From positions 3,232-67,231 of the forward strand of contig CAYWQH010000006.1 in NCBI GenBank assembly GCA_964460855.1: 64,000 nt of DNA. Direction: 5' to 3'. The translations under genes were made by a program, and so were the position numbers. Source of the stretch: an uncultured Candidatus Saccharibacteria bacterium. GTDB taxonomy: Bacteria > Patescibacteriota > Saccharimonadia > Saccharimonadales > UBA10212. The notes beneath the pieces were generated by a model, which did no database searches, had not been told where the DNA came from, and was given only the letters and a program-made list of their open reading frames with translations. The number at the start of each line of letters is the position of its first letter. The stretch's first letter is position 1. Of this stretch, positions 47,469 through 56,737 are shown one piece after another.

Positions 47469-48863
47469 ATGAGGCGTTTTTTGTCTGACGCGCTGCAGCC
47501 CGGTAATCGTTTGCCGGCTTTGATGGCCTTGATCGCCTTTTTGCTGCCGTTTGAATATTTGCCGACGCTGCCGGTTAGCGGGCTTAATATCCGGCTCAGC
47601 ACCGCAGCCGGGGCGGTATTAATAGCCATAACGGCCTGGCAGCTTATTACCGGGCAGCTTAAATTAACTTTTGACTGGCCGCGGGCGCTAATGGTGGCTT
47701 GGTTGGTTTGGCTAGTAATCGGCCTGGGCATGGCTTCGAACTTAAGCGAAGGGCTGAAAGATTTGTTGCCGCTGGCCTTTTTAGTTCTATTGACACTGAG
47801 TTTTAGCCGCCAGCTTAAAACCGATTACTTGCCGATGCTGGCCCGGGCGGTGTTGCTGGGGGCACTGGCCAGCGCTATATTTGGCATTTACCAGTTTTTT
47901 GGCAACCGGGCCGGGCTGTCCCAGCATTTAACAGGGTTGCGGCCGGAGTACAGCTGGGAGCGGTTCGGCTTTCCGCGCATGCAGAGCGTGGCGCTGGAGC
48001 CGCTTTATTACAGCGCGTTTTTATTACTGCCGATTATGCTGCTGGTTTTGCTGCTGGTGCGGCGGCCGGAATTCCGGCGCTGGTATTACTTCGCCCTGCT
48101 GGCGCTGCTGCTATTAGTTGACGTGTTAACTTTATCGCGCGGCGGCCTGGCGGCGCTGGTGCTGGGCTTGTTGGTAGTAGCTGTTATGGTGGCTTTGGCT
48201 TTTGGCCGGCAACTGGCCCGCCAGCTGGCGCTAGGATTTGCCGGTTTGGTTTTGGTTTTTGGGCTGGCCCTGCTTACCATAGCCGCCGTGGCCCGGCCCG
48301 GCCACGACAAAGACGTAACATACGGCAAACAAGGCACTGGCAGCGCCCTGTCGCACTTAGCCGATTTCCATTTTTCGCCAAGCAACACTAATAAGGCTAA
48401 AAACGATTCGATCAGCCAGCGCGACGCCGCCCGCCAACAGGCGGCCGACGATCTCAAAGGCAGCACGAAAGTTCTGCTGGTGGGCACCGGCATCGGCCAA
48501 TACCATGCCTACACCCAGTCGCATTACTCCAACCCCAAGCCCGGTGAACCCAACAATGTGGTACTGGAGCAACTGGTGCAAACCGGCATAATCGGTTTCG
48601 GCTTGTTGGTTGCACTGGTATTGCTGCTACTGGGCGGCCTGTGGCGCCAGGCCCGGCACAACGGTAATGACTTCGTGCGGATCTTTGCTATAACGGCCTT
48701 CGCCCTGCTGGTGGCCCTGGCTTTCCAGGCCCAAACTTTTACCGGCCTGGTGCTGACCCATTTGTGGTTTACTATTGGCATTTGCTTGTTCTTGGTACAA
48801 TTACCCTTGAAAGAACATAAGCGACATGCCCAAAGCCAAAAGAAAAACCAACAAACACCCTAA
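47469..48863 (+). CDS. O-antigen ligase/polymerase-like (Wzy_C family) polytopic membrane protein
   Basis: Ten or more TM helices with an extracytoplasmic loop and a Wzy_C-like segment (LSRGGLAALVLGLLVV). Confidence 0.5.
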   Translation: MRRFLSDALQPGNRLPALMALIAFLLPFEYLPTLPVSGLNIRLSTAAGAVLIAITAWQLITGQLKLTFDWPRALMVAWLVWLVIGLGMASNLSEGLKDLLPLAFLVLLTLSFSRQLKTDYLPMLARAVLLGALASAIFGIYQFFGNRAGLSQHLTGLRPEYSWERFGFPRMQSVALEPLYYSAFLLLPIMLLVLLLVRRPEFRRWYYFALLALLLLVDVLTLSRGGLAALVLGLLVVAVMVALAFGRQLARQLALGFAGLVLVFGLALLTIAAVARPGHDKDVTYGKQGTGSALSHLADFHFSPSNTNKAKNDSISQRDAARQQAADDLKGSTKVLLVGTGIGQYHAYTQSHYSNPKPGEPNNVVLEQLVQTGIIGFGLLVALVLLLLGGLWRQARHNGNDFVRIFAITAFALLVALAFQAQTFTGLVLTHLWFTIGICLFLVQLPLKEHKRHAQSQKKNQQTP

Positions 48864-49269
48864 AATCTACCAATTCGCCGAATATATGGTGAGCGGCGGC
48901 GCCTGGTTTGTAACCGGCTACCTGGTGTTCGCCCTGTGCGACAAAGGCCTGCACTTATCGCTGTGGTGGGCCAAGCTGATTGCTAACATAACCGGCGTAA
49001 CCGTCAATTTTATTATCAACCGCTGGTGGGTGTTTAAAGGCAATAAGCCCGGCAAAGACCTGCCCGAAGTTACCGGCAAATACCTGGTACTGACCGGCTT
49101 CCAGTTTGTGGTTGATTACTTTATCGTAGCGACCCTTAAAAACCACGGACTGACACCGTATATCGGCCAATTTGTGTCGGCCGGCATTTTCACTGTTTGG
49201 AACTGGTTCTGGTATAACTTGTGGGTATTCGCCAAACCTAAATCCAAACGGAGGCTAAAGCGGGCATGA
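48826..49269 (+). CDS. GtrA-family small membrane protein (polyprenyl-phosphate-sugar flippase-like)
   Basis: 147 aa with four TM helices and a GtrA-like N-terminus (IYQFAEYMVSGGAWFVTGYLVF). Confidence 0.6.
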   Translation: MPKAKRKTNKHPKIYQFAEYMVSGGAWFVTGYLVFALCDKGLHLSLWWAKLIANITGVTVNFIINRWWVFKGNKPGKDLPEVTGKYLVLTGFQFVVDYFIVATLKNHGLTPYIGQFVSAGIFTVWNWFWYNLWVFAKPKSKRRLKRA

Positions 49270-49760
49270 ACCAAACCGAAACCGAAGCCAAAGTTATCCG
49301 CCCCACTAAAAAACAGCGCGAACTGCTGACTTTTATTGAAGAATTCATTGCCGAACATGGCTACAGCCCCAGTTACCGCGAAGTGATGAACGGCCTGAGG
49401 TATACGTCGGTTTCGACGGTGGCAACCCATATTAATAGCCTGATCAGCCGCGGCCATTTGCGCAAACGCGATAATTCGGCCCGCTCGCTGGAAGTGGTTA
49501 ACCCCGACCCGGCGACAATCGGCAAAGTCGTACCCAAGCAGTTAGTAGAAAGCGAAGAAAAGTGGCTGGTCGAAAAGATCGACCGCTTTTTTAAAGAGCT
49601 GGAAACGGCCCCCAAAATTATCGAAGCCGAACTGGACAACCTATATGTTTTAGTCGGCGCCTTAAAAGTGCTGGGCAGCCACGGCGCCGCCCAGGCGTTT
49701 ATTGCCCGGCTTAGCGAACTCAAAGCCCGCCTGGAAAACGACGAAGCCTACACTACTTGA
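49266..49760 (+). CDS. LexA-type winged-helix DNA-binding protein lacking the S24 peptidase domain (164 aa)
   Basis: KKQRELLTFIEEFIAEHGYSPSYREVMNGLRYTSVSTVATHINSLISRGHLRKR is the LexA N-terminal domain. The C-terminal 90 aa is helical with no Ser/Lys dyad region. Confidence 0.55.
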   Translation: MNQTETEAKVIRPTKKQRELLTFIEEFIAEHGYSPSYREVMNGLRYTSVSTVATHINSLISRGHLRKRDNSARSLEVVNPDPATIGKVVPKQLVESEEKWLVEKIDRFFKELETAPKIIEAELDNLYVLVGALKVLGSHGAAQAFIARLSELKARLENDEAYTT

Positions 49761-50346
49761 TAAACCGCACATTATGCGTAATAACCGCCAAGTCGGCCTC
49801 GACGCTGAGGCGGGCCGGATTGGCGTGCAGCCAGCCGTCTACCGCTTTGCGCACGCCGGGCAGGGCTTCGCTGTGGTAATCATCAACAATAACCATCGAA
49901 CCGTTGCTCAGCCGCGGCCATACCAGCTTGAGGGCGTCTAATATCGAATAGTAAAAATCGGCGTCAATAAAAGCGAAAGCTATATGGTGCGGCAGGGCGT
50001 GGCTGGGCAGGGCCGAAAACCAGCCTTTATGGATTGTCGGAATGGGCAGGCCGCGCTTTTGGAAGTTGCGGCTAACGGCGTGCTGCGAGGCTTGCAGCGA
50101 GCCTTCTTGGAACTGCTCGCCGGCCGGGCTGAAATCTTCGGGCGATTTGGCCGGCAGGCCGTCGAAGCTGTCGTATAAGTGCAGCTGCCGCGAATGGCGG
50201 AGCGTAATTTTTTGCAGCTCCACGGACGTATCGCCGTCGTAGCAGCCGAACTCCACGACATCGCCGGCAGTGCCGTGGCTGAGAGTTCCTTCGAGGTGGC
50301 GCAGGATGGCTTCGAGGGCGCGGGGTTCGAGTTGTCTTTGGTGCAT
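49753..50346 (-). CDS. TylF/MycF-family SAM-dependent O-methyltransferase
   Basis: GDVVEFGCYDGDTSVELQKI...LYDSFDGLP matches macrocin-O-methyltransferase-type sugar methyltransferases. Confidence 0.55.
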   Translation of the reverse strand: MHQRQLEPRALEAILRHLEGTLSHGTAGDVVEFGCYDGDTSVELQKITLRHSRQLHLYDSFDGLPAKSPEDFSPAGEQFQEGSLQASQHAVSRNFQKRGLPIPTIHKGWFSALPSHALPHHIAFAFIDADFYYSILDALKLVWPRLSNGSMVIVDDYHSEALPGVRKAVDGWLHANPARLSVEADLAVITHNVRFIK

Positions 50347-51332
50347 CAGATTCCTTTTACGCTAAAGTATGCCTGTTTTAAGCTATAACGGAAAGCGATA
50401 AAACCGGGAATAATTGGCAGCCAGAAGGTGCTTAGGCGGAAGCACAGCACTGCCAGCAGGGCGGTAGTACTGTCTACGCCGGCGCCGGCCAGGGCGGCCG
50501 TCATTGCCAGCTCGGTGGGGCCCAGGCCGCCGGGCGTCGGGCTCAGCGAAAATGCCAGGTTGCCGGCCGCGAAAACTATCAATACCATTGTCCGCGTCAA
50601 ATTTATGTCCATGGCATGCAGGCTGCACCACAGGGCCGCGATATAACAAAAACTAATACCCAGGTTCGCAGCGATGCAGCCGGCTAAGCCAAGCGGTTCG
50701 CGGGCCAAGCTAACCAATGTGCGTTTGACGGTATTAAAGAAAATATTAAGCCGCATATCGAGGCCTTTAAAAAATTCGGCCAGCGCTACTGCCAGAATCA
50801 GCACCGCCACTGCCAGGCCCATAACCAAATTAACCTCGCTGTTGGAGATTTGCCAATTTGATGGCGGGCCTTCGATAGCAATAACTATTAATGCCAAACC
50901 CATAAACCCACCGATGCCCAGCAGGTTGTTGGCTGCCGCCGTAGTGCCGGCGGCCGTTTTAGTGGTTTTAGTTTGCCTGGCAATATATAAAGTATTAAGT
51001 CCCAGGGCGCCGATGCCGCCGGGCAGCAGGCGGTTGGCGAATAAGTTGGCGGTTTGCACTATAAAAGTCCGTCCAAAAGGCAGCTGCCGGTTCAGGCTCA
51101 TATAAGCCAGTGCCGCGAAAATGTTTGAAAATAAAACTAGAACGAAAGCGGCTGCCAGCCAAAAGTAATTGACCTGGCCAAACAATTGTTTGTGGCCGGC
51201 CAGTTCGCGGAACTGGGGGGCTAGGGCGGCCACGGCCGCCGCTAAAATCGCTAGTTGTATCAGTAACCGGCGCCGGCCTTTCCCTTTTATCATCTTGGTG
51301 TGAATTGTATAGCTATTAAGCTTATGCTTCAA
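50346..51332 (-). CDS. Polytopic membrane protein, lysylphosphatidylglycerol-synthase-TM / flippase-like family
   Basis: 328 aa with about eight TM helices; basic N-terminus. Confidence 0.4.
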   Translation of the reverse strand: MKHKLNSYTIHTKMIKGKGRRRLLIQLAILAAAVAALAPQFRELAGHKQLFGQVNYFWLAAAFVLVLFSNIFAALAYMSLNRQLPFGRTFIVQTANLFANRLLPGGIGALGLNTLYIARQTKTTKTAAGTTAAANNLLGIGGFMGLALIVIAIEGPPSNWQISNSEVNLVMGLAVAVLILAVALAEFFKGLDMRLNIFFNTVKRTLVSLAREPLGLAGCIAANLGISFCYIAALWCSLHAMDINLTRTMVLIVFAAGNLAFSLSPTPGGLGPTELAMTAALAGAGVDSTTALLAVLCFRLSTFWLPIIPGFIAFRYSLKQAYFSVKGI

Positions 51333-52227
51333 TCGGTTCGGGCTGGGCAGCCGCCAGGGGTTCGGCGCCGCCGGCCCGGCGGGCGGCCCATAATTCGAAG
51401 AGTTTTTTAACCGCTAAGAAGGCCACAACGCCGTACAGGGCGCCGACAATTTCGTCGAAAGCGTAATGTTCGCCCTCGTAAATCGTACCAACGTAAATCA
51501 TAAACGGGTAAACCAATGATAATAAGCCCCACTTTTTGCCGAATAAAGTAAAAGCGAACAGGGCAAAAATGGTGGCATAGGCGGCGTGCAAGCTGGGTAC
51601 GGCAGCCACCGGGTTGGGCGAAATATGATTATAAAAAGACGGGAAGTTCTGGATGCCCAAGTGCGACCAGACATCGCTGGATATCCGGCGGATGGGCGGT
51701 ATAACACCTTGCTGGGTGGCCATCCAGGGCGGCGCCGCCGGAAAAGCCAAAAACGTTAAAAAGCCGGCAAAAGATACGACCAAATATGTGGCCACGTAAC
51801 GCCAATAGGCCGGTTCGCGCTTTTTCCAAATAATTATGGCCAGGGCAAACGGCAAGATAAAGTGCAGCATGTAAAACAGGTAAAAGGCGAAATCATACCA
51901 CTGCACATGGCCGTGCCAAAGCCAGCTTTGCAGCTTGGCGGTCGGCAGGGTGCCGAACAGCCACTTATCGGCGTGCGGCATAAAAGCGTAATCGACCCGG
52001 TGGTTGAGGTGCGGCACGATGCCGCGGAACATTTCATAAGCCAACAGGATGCCCATAAACGGCAGCATCCGCTTCAACATGGCCGTGGCCTGGCCGAAGC
52101 ACATAAAGATAAACGTCAAAAACACCAGCAGCTTGTCTGGCGTTGGAAAACTGGGGCGGGAGATGAAGATGGCGGCACAGGCGATAGTGCCGATAATTCC
52201 CAAAACCTGTAATTTGCTCAAACGCAC
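51322..52227 (-). CDS. PAP2-superfamily membrane phosphatase / phosphotransferase
   Basis: PSLHAAYA (PSGH-like) and GEHYAFDEIVG (SRxxxxxHxxxD-like) motifs on a six-TM scaffold. Confidence 0.5.
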   Translation of the reverse strand: MRLSKLQVLGIIGTIACAAIFISRPSFPTPDKLLVFLTFIFMCFGQATAMLKRMLPFMGILLAYEMFRGIVPHLNHRVDYAFMPHADKWLFGTLPTAKLQSWLWHGHVQWYDFAFYLFYMLHFILPFALAIIIWKKREPAYWRYVATYLVVSFAGFLTFLAFPAAPPWMATQQGVIPPIRRISSDVWSHLGIQNFPSFYNHISPNPVAAVPSLHAAYATIFALFAFTLFGKKWGLLSLVYPFMIYVGTIYEGEHYAFDEIVGALYGVVAFLAVKKLFELWAARRAGGAEPLAAAQPEPIEA

Positions 52228-52268
52228 CCCTATATTCTACCAAAAGCAAGATAGCGCTCGAACATTTA

Positions 52269-52341
52269 CCTGTGGGAGGGCGCTTCACGCCGGGTTTGTG
52301 TTAACAAACTCGGGCTGCGCTATGCGAAACCCTCCCACAGG
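52269..52341. repeat. 73-nt hairpin element: 12-bp perfect inverted repeat CCTGTGGGAGGG / CCCTCCCACAGG around an internal TGTTAACA palindrome
   Basis: Located in the 230-bp divergent region between the PAP2 gene and a GT4 gene. Confidence 0.5.
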
Positions 52342-52457
52342 CAAACGTCCTCGCACTATGTAACTTTCGAAATGGTGGAGGAAAATTATCAAACACAGCA
52401 GAATTACCCTTAAAACTGCACCGACCCCTGTCGGGCTGGTATAATGTATGGGCTTAT

Positions 52458-53657
52458 ATGAAAGTCGCGATTGTTTGTGAGCCGTATATTCCGGTTCCCC
52501 CGGTAAAGTACGGCGGCACTGAGTTAATCATTTATTATTTGATAAAAGGTCTGCAAGAACAGGGGCACGAACCGGTTCTTTTAGCCGCCGGCGATTCAAA
52601 CGTCGACTGCGAACTCATACCTATTATCGATAAGGCCATTTATTTTCCGACTAAAAAGAAAGACCTGCCGTCTTTTAAAAAGAAAGTCGAAAAAGTCCAC
52701 GAAAAAACCGCCAAAGAACTGCGCAAATTGCAGGGGCGGGTAGATATTATCCATTCCCACCATTTTGACCTCAAAAACTTCCAGTATTTTCCGAACCTGA
52801 CAACCCTGCACGGGCCGATTGACTTAATCGATTTGCAATATTACCTGGAGCGCAAAAACCTGTTTTTCGTGTCGATTTCGCAGGCCCAGCAGGCCGGCTG
52901 CCCCGAACTGCAATATATGGGCACGGTGTACAACGGTTTGGATACCAGCAAATTCCCGGTGGTCACCGAGCCTGAAGATTATGTTTGTTTCCTGGGCCGT
53001 TTTGACCGCGAAAAGAACCCGCACTTGGCCATTTTGCTGGCCATTAACCTCGGCATCAAAATTAAAGTCGCCGGTAAAATAGACCACCAGGGCGATGGAT
53101 ACTTCGAACACGAAGTAGCTAAATATTTTGACCATCCGCTGGTGGAATATTTAGGCGAACTGGCTTTTGACGAAAAAATCGAATTGGTCAGCAAAGCCAA
53201 ATGCAACCTGCACCCCACCGGATTCCGTGAGCCTTTTGGCTTAACAGTGTTAGAAGCGGCTTATTGCGGCACGCCGACGCTGGCGATCGCCAAAGGTTCG
53301 ATGCCGGAACTGATTGAAGAGGGCCGCACCGGCGTGCTGGTAGAAGATTTCGTCGAAGGCTACCACTATATGAAGTCTTGTTTTGACATGGACCGGACTT
53401 ATATATCTGACCGGGCCCGGGCTTTGTTTAACTATAAGACCATGACCAAGCAATATATCAAAGCCTACCAAGAAGTTATGAATACCTTTACCATCCGCAA
53501 TGAGCAAGACCAGCTAATCGAAAAGCTTACCAAGCACACCAAAGAAGAAATCGCCGAAATCTGGCAGGCCCATAAAAACCAACTGAAGCATAAAATCAAC
53601 CAACCGCCTAAGTCCAAGCCGGCTTCGGGAAACAAGCAGCGCGACCCGCTCATGTAA
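52458..53657 (+). CDS. GT4-family glycosyltransferase
   Basis: MKVAIVCEPYIPVPPVKYGGTELI...; E-x7-E (REPFGLTVLEAAYCGTP). Extended -10 TGgTATAAT at 52437-52445 lies only about 12 nt before the ATG. Confidence 0.7.
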   Translation: MKVAIVCEPYIPVPPVKYGGTELIIYYLIKGLQEQGHEPVLLAAGDSNVDCELIPIIDKAIYFPTKKKDLPSFKKKVEKVHEKTAKELRKLQGRVDIIHSHHFDLKNFQYFPNLTTLHGPIDLIDLQYYLERKNLFFVSISQAQQAGCPELQYMGTVYNGLDTSKFPVVTEPEDYVCFLGRFDREKNPHLAILLAINLGIKIKVAGKIDHQGDGYFEHEVAKYFDHPLVEYLGELAFDEKIELVSKAKCNLHPTGFREPFGLTVLEAAYCGTPTLAIAKGSMPELIEEGRTGVLVEDFVEGYHYMKSCFDMDRTYISDRARALFNYKTMTKQYIKAYQEVMNTFTIRNEQDQLIEKLTKHTKEEIAEIWQAHKNQLKHKINQPPKSKPASGNKQRDPLM

Positions 53658-53726
53658 TTTATTTGATATACCGGCAGCATAGCGGCTTGGTATTCTGGCT
53701 AAGCCTTTAATTAAGGAGGGTAAATT

Positions 53727-53852
53727 ATGGCAAACGAAGACTGGGTTGATAAAGCTAAAGACGAGTGGGGCGACATGAAGGATGGCGGCGAAGACGACGG
53801 CATGCAGTCCGACGACATGTTTGACGACCCCGAAATGGACGAAGCGGTTTAG
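53727..53852 (+). CDS. Small highly acidic protein (41 aa)
   Basis: Strong SD AAGGAGGG (53713-53720) 6 nt before the ATG. MANEDWVDKAKDEWGDMKDGGEDDGMQSDDMFDDPEMDEAV. Followed by a hairpin terminator. Below the 60-aa ORF cutoff. Confidence 0.6.
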   Translation: MANEDWVDKAKDEWGDMKDGGEDDGMQSDDMFDDPEMDEAV

Positions 53853-53875
53853 AGTAAAAAACTAGCTTACACCAA

Positions 53876-53899
53876 AAGCCGCCCTCCGGGGCGGCTTTT
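53876..53899 (+). terminator. Rho-independent terminator
   Basis: AAGCCGCCC, loop TCCG, GGGCGGCTT, then TTTAACTGTTT. Confidence 0.55.
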
Positions 53900-53955
53900 A
53901 ACTGTTTAGAGTAACCGCCGATAAGGGTTAGCATCATGCTACAATTGGGTCAGTT

Positions 53956-54978
53956 ATGCATCGTATGCTGCGTCTCGCCCACCACCGGCACACCGGCCGG
54001 CGGTTACCGCACCATCACACTTCGTACCACGCGATATTAGTGATACTGGCCGTTTTCGGGCTGTGTTTAATAAGTATCAGGCACGCCGCCGCCGGCAATT
54101 ATGTGGTAACCGCTAAAGTGTCCGCGCCATTGCCGGGCGTGCCATCGGTTATAACTGACCCGGCCAGCGGCTTGGTCACGACCGACCCGAACATTACGAT
54201 AAGCGGCAGCTGCCCGGTTATTACCCCGGCGATAATCGTTTTGCTGTACCGAAACGGCGTTTTGGTGGGCTCGATGGTCTGCCCGCCCAGCGGCCAGTTC
54301 AGTTTTCAGACCACCTTGCTGTACGGCAATAATGTTTTCGTGCCTAAAATTATTAATATAACTGATGACTACGGCCAGGACGGCCAGCCGATTACTATCG
54401 TTTACCGTTTTACGGAATCCAAGCCGCCCACTAATAAACTGCCGAACATTCCGCTCAAAGCCGACCATCAAATGTACCTTAACAGCGCCGACCAGATCGT
54501 TTTCTTCAAACCGGGCGAGGGTGTAACCCTGGCACTTGGTTACGGCGGCGGCATCGAACCCTACACTTTAATTATTAACTGGGGCGACGGCACCGAGCAA
54601 TCCTTCCCCATAGACAAAGCCGGCCACCGTGAAGTCAGCCATACTTTCGGCAGCCAAAAAAGCTTCGAAATAAATATGCGCCTCACCGACGCCCAGCAGC
54701 ACCTGGCCCGGTTAAGCCTGGCGGCCGTATCGTTAGTTGCCAACCAGGATATCGTTACGGCCAGCCCCCGCCAGCCATCCGTTACTTACAGGTTTGAACA
54801 ATATTTTAGCGACGGCCGGGTCTACGCCACGCTTTTAACCATAGCCTTTAGCTTGTTGGCGGTTGACGTATGGCTATACCGCCACTGGGGCAAGTACGCC
54901 AAAGTCCGTCCCGGCGCGGCGCCGTTCGCATCCGGCAAGAAAAACAAGAAAATCTCTAAATCCAAAGGTAAAAGATGA
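53956..54978 (+). CDS. Type I membrane protein with a PKD-like domain and a His-rich N-terminus (340 aa)
   Basis: HHRHTGRRLPHHHTSYH, then TM ILVILAVFGLCLISI, an ectodomain with YTLIINWGDGTEQSF...HTF (PKD motif), a C-terminal TM and a basic tail. Confidence 0.5.
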   Translation: MHRMLRLAHHRHTGRRLPHHHTSYHAILVILAVFGLCLISIRHAAAGNYVVTAKVSAPLPGVPSVITDPASGLVTTDPNITISGSCPVITPAIIVLLYRNGVLVGSMVCPPSGQFSFQTTLLYGNNVFVPKIINITDDYGQDGQPITIVYRFTESKPPTNKLPNIPLKADHQMYLNSADQIVFFKPGEGVTLALGYGGGIEPYTLIINWGDGTEQSFPIDKAGHREVSHTFGSQKSFEINMRLTDAQQHLARLSLAAVSLVANQDIVTASPRQPSVTYRFEQYFSDGRVYATLLTIAFSLLAVDVWLYRHWGKYAKVRPGAAPFASGKKNKKISKSKGKR

Positions 54979-55556
54979 AATTTTGGAAATGGCGGAGGTT
55001 AACCCTATTCCTGGTGATTTTCATAACGTCGGTAATAATTATCGGTTTTGCCGTGTGGGCCAACCAGTCGCGCAGCGTAGTACCGGTCAGTAACACTGCC
55101 GTGGAAGGCGCCACGGCCGTTAATTCCAAGCCTTTTATCACCGACTATTTTACAGTTACGCTGCCGGAAACGATGGTAGTTAAAAACGTCGAGAAGCCCA
55201 AGGACAGCCCGATACTAGAAAATATGCTTATTTCGGCACGGCCCAGCGCCGACTTGGTGCCGTATTCCGATAAAATCGCCATCACGATCGGCAACGCGCC
55301 ATCCGGCGGGCCGGCCGCCATCAGCGACGTCCATTTGCGCAAACTGCGCCCCGAAATTTATACGCCGCTGGCCATTAGCTACGCCCCGCCCGGGTACCTG
55401 GCCTATTCCAGCCACCAGGACAGCCTGATAGAAACGGACATTTTCTGGACGCATGGCGGCAAATACACCGCCGTGGCTTTCAGCTCGGCCGAAAACCGCT
55501 CGCCGGAACAGAACGACCTGCTGCGCCAGCTTTTTAGCTCCTGGCAGTGGAAATAA
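54975..55556 (+). CDS. N-terminally anchored extracytoplasmic protein (193 aa)
   Basis: TM LTLFLVIFITSVIIIGFAVWA; overlaps the previous gene by 4 nt. Confidence 0.4.
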   Translation: MKFWKWRRLTLFLVIFITSVIIIGFAVWANQSRSVVPVSNTAVEGATAVNSKPFITDYFTVTLPETMVVKNVEKPKDSPILENMLISARPSADLVPYSDKIAITIGNAPSGGPAAISDVHLRKLRPEIYTPLAISYAPPGYLAYSSHQDSLIETDIFWTHGGKYTAVAFSSAENRSPEQNDLLRQLFSSWQWK

Positions 55557-55582
55557 GTTGTTAATGGTAAAATTAATCAGAT

Positions 55583-56653
55583 ATGGTTGTGAAAGCCCTG
55601 GGTTCGTTATTGGCGCTGCCTTTGCTGTTTTTTGCCACAACGCCGTCCAGTACCAACTTCACGCTTCGAAATTATGACTTTGGCAATGGCGGCGGCAGTT
55701 TAAGCAGCCCCAGCTATAAATTGAACGGCAGTACCGGAACGCTGGGCGGCAAGCTGGGGCCGTCTACTAATTACGCCGTTAACGGCGGCTTAGGGCCGGC
55801 CGAAAACGCCGACGTGCCGCCGGCCCCGACGCTGACAAATCCTAGCAACCTCGAATATAACCGCCTGAAACTAGTGGTCGTCAAAGGCGCGGCCGACACG
55901 ACGGATACCAAGTACGCCATAGCCATCAGCTCTGATAACTTTGTAACTACTAAATATGTCCAAACAGATAACAGCATCGGCTCCAGCTATAGCATTTCGA
56001 ATTACCAGCTGTATGCCGGCTGGGGCGGGGCGTCCGGCTTTTTTATAACCGGCTTAACGCCTGGAACCACATATAAAGCCAAAGTCGCGGCCTACCAAGG
56101 CAATTTTACTAACAGCGCTTTTGGTCCGGCCACCAGCGGCGTTGCCACCGTGCAGCCAAGTTTAACTTTTGGCGTAGCAACCAGCCCCGTCAGCAACCCG
56201 TTAAAAATTAACTTTACCGGCGTCATAGCCAATACCGTGACCAACGCCGGCGCCGATGTTGTGCTGAGCCTGACGTCCAACGCCCACTCCGGCGGATGGC
56301 TATATATTAAAGACACCAACGCCGGCTTAAAAAGTACCTTCGCCAATAACTTCTTAATTTCTTCGGCCACGGCCGACTTAAACAGTGCCGGTACCGGCTA
56401 CGGCGGGATCGTAACCAGCACCAGCGCCAATAGCGGCTCGTTGGCCTCGCTGTCGCCATTCGACGGCGCCGGCAACCCGGCCAGCAACACGGTAGGCGGG
56501 TTATCCACAGCTTTGCAACAGCTTATTAGTACCGCCGGACCGGTCGATACCGGTAGTGCCACCGTCCGTTTTAAGGTGAAAACAACTACAACTACGCCCA
56601 GTGAGCCCGACTACGCCGATTTACTGACCTTTTTGGCAGCTATGACATTCTAG
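55583..56653 (+). CDS. Secreted surface protein with an FN3-like domain and a C-terminal DYxDLLTF...F motif (356 aa)
   Basis: Signal peptide; GLTPGTTYKAKVAAYQG (FN3-like); C-terminus ...PSEPDYADLLTFLAAMTF. Confidence 0.45.
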   Translation: MVVKALGSLLALPLLFFATTPSSTNFTLRNYDFGNGGGSLSSPSYKLNGSTGTLGGKLGPSTNYAVNGGLGPAENADVPPAPTLTNPSNLEYNRLKLVVVKGAADTTDTKYAIAISSDNFVTTKYVQTDNSIGSSYSISNYQLYAGWGGASGFFITGLTPGTTYKAKVAAYQGNFTNSAFGPATSGVATVQPSLTFGVATSPVSNPLKINFTGVIANTVTNAGADVVLSLTSNAHSGGWLYIKDTNAGLKSTFANNFLISSATADLNSAGTGYGGIVTSTSANSGSLASLSPFDGAGNPASNTVGGLSTALQQLISTAGPVDTGSATVRFKVKTTTTTPSEPDYADLLTFLAAMTF

Positions 56654-56737
56654 TTGCACTTTTAAAATGCTTAAGGCATACTTTACCCCGTAACAACATA
56701 AGCATTTTTAATATCAAATTAGGAGGAAATGCTTTCT

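Noticed and set aside
52034-52363. Two overlapping ORFs (84 and 104 aa) on opposite strands across the palindromic element
   Set aside because: They overlap each other and the inverted repeat and have no SD. They are more likely non-coding.
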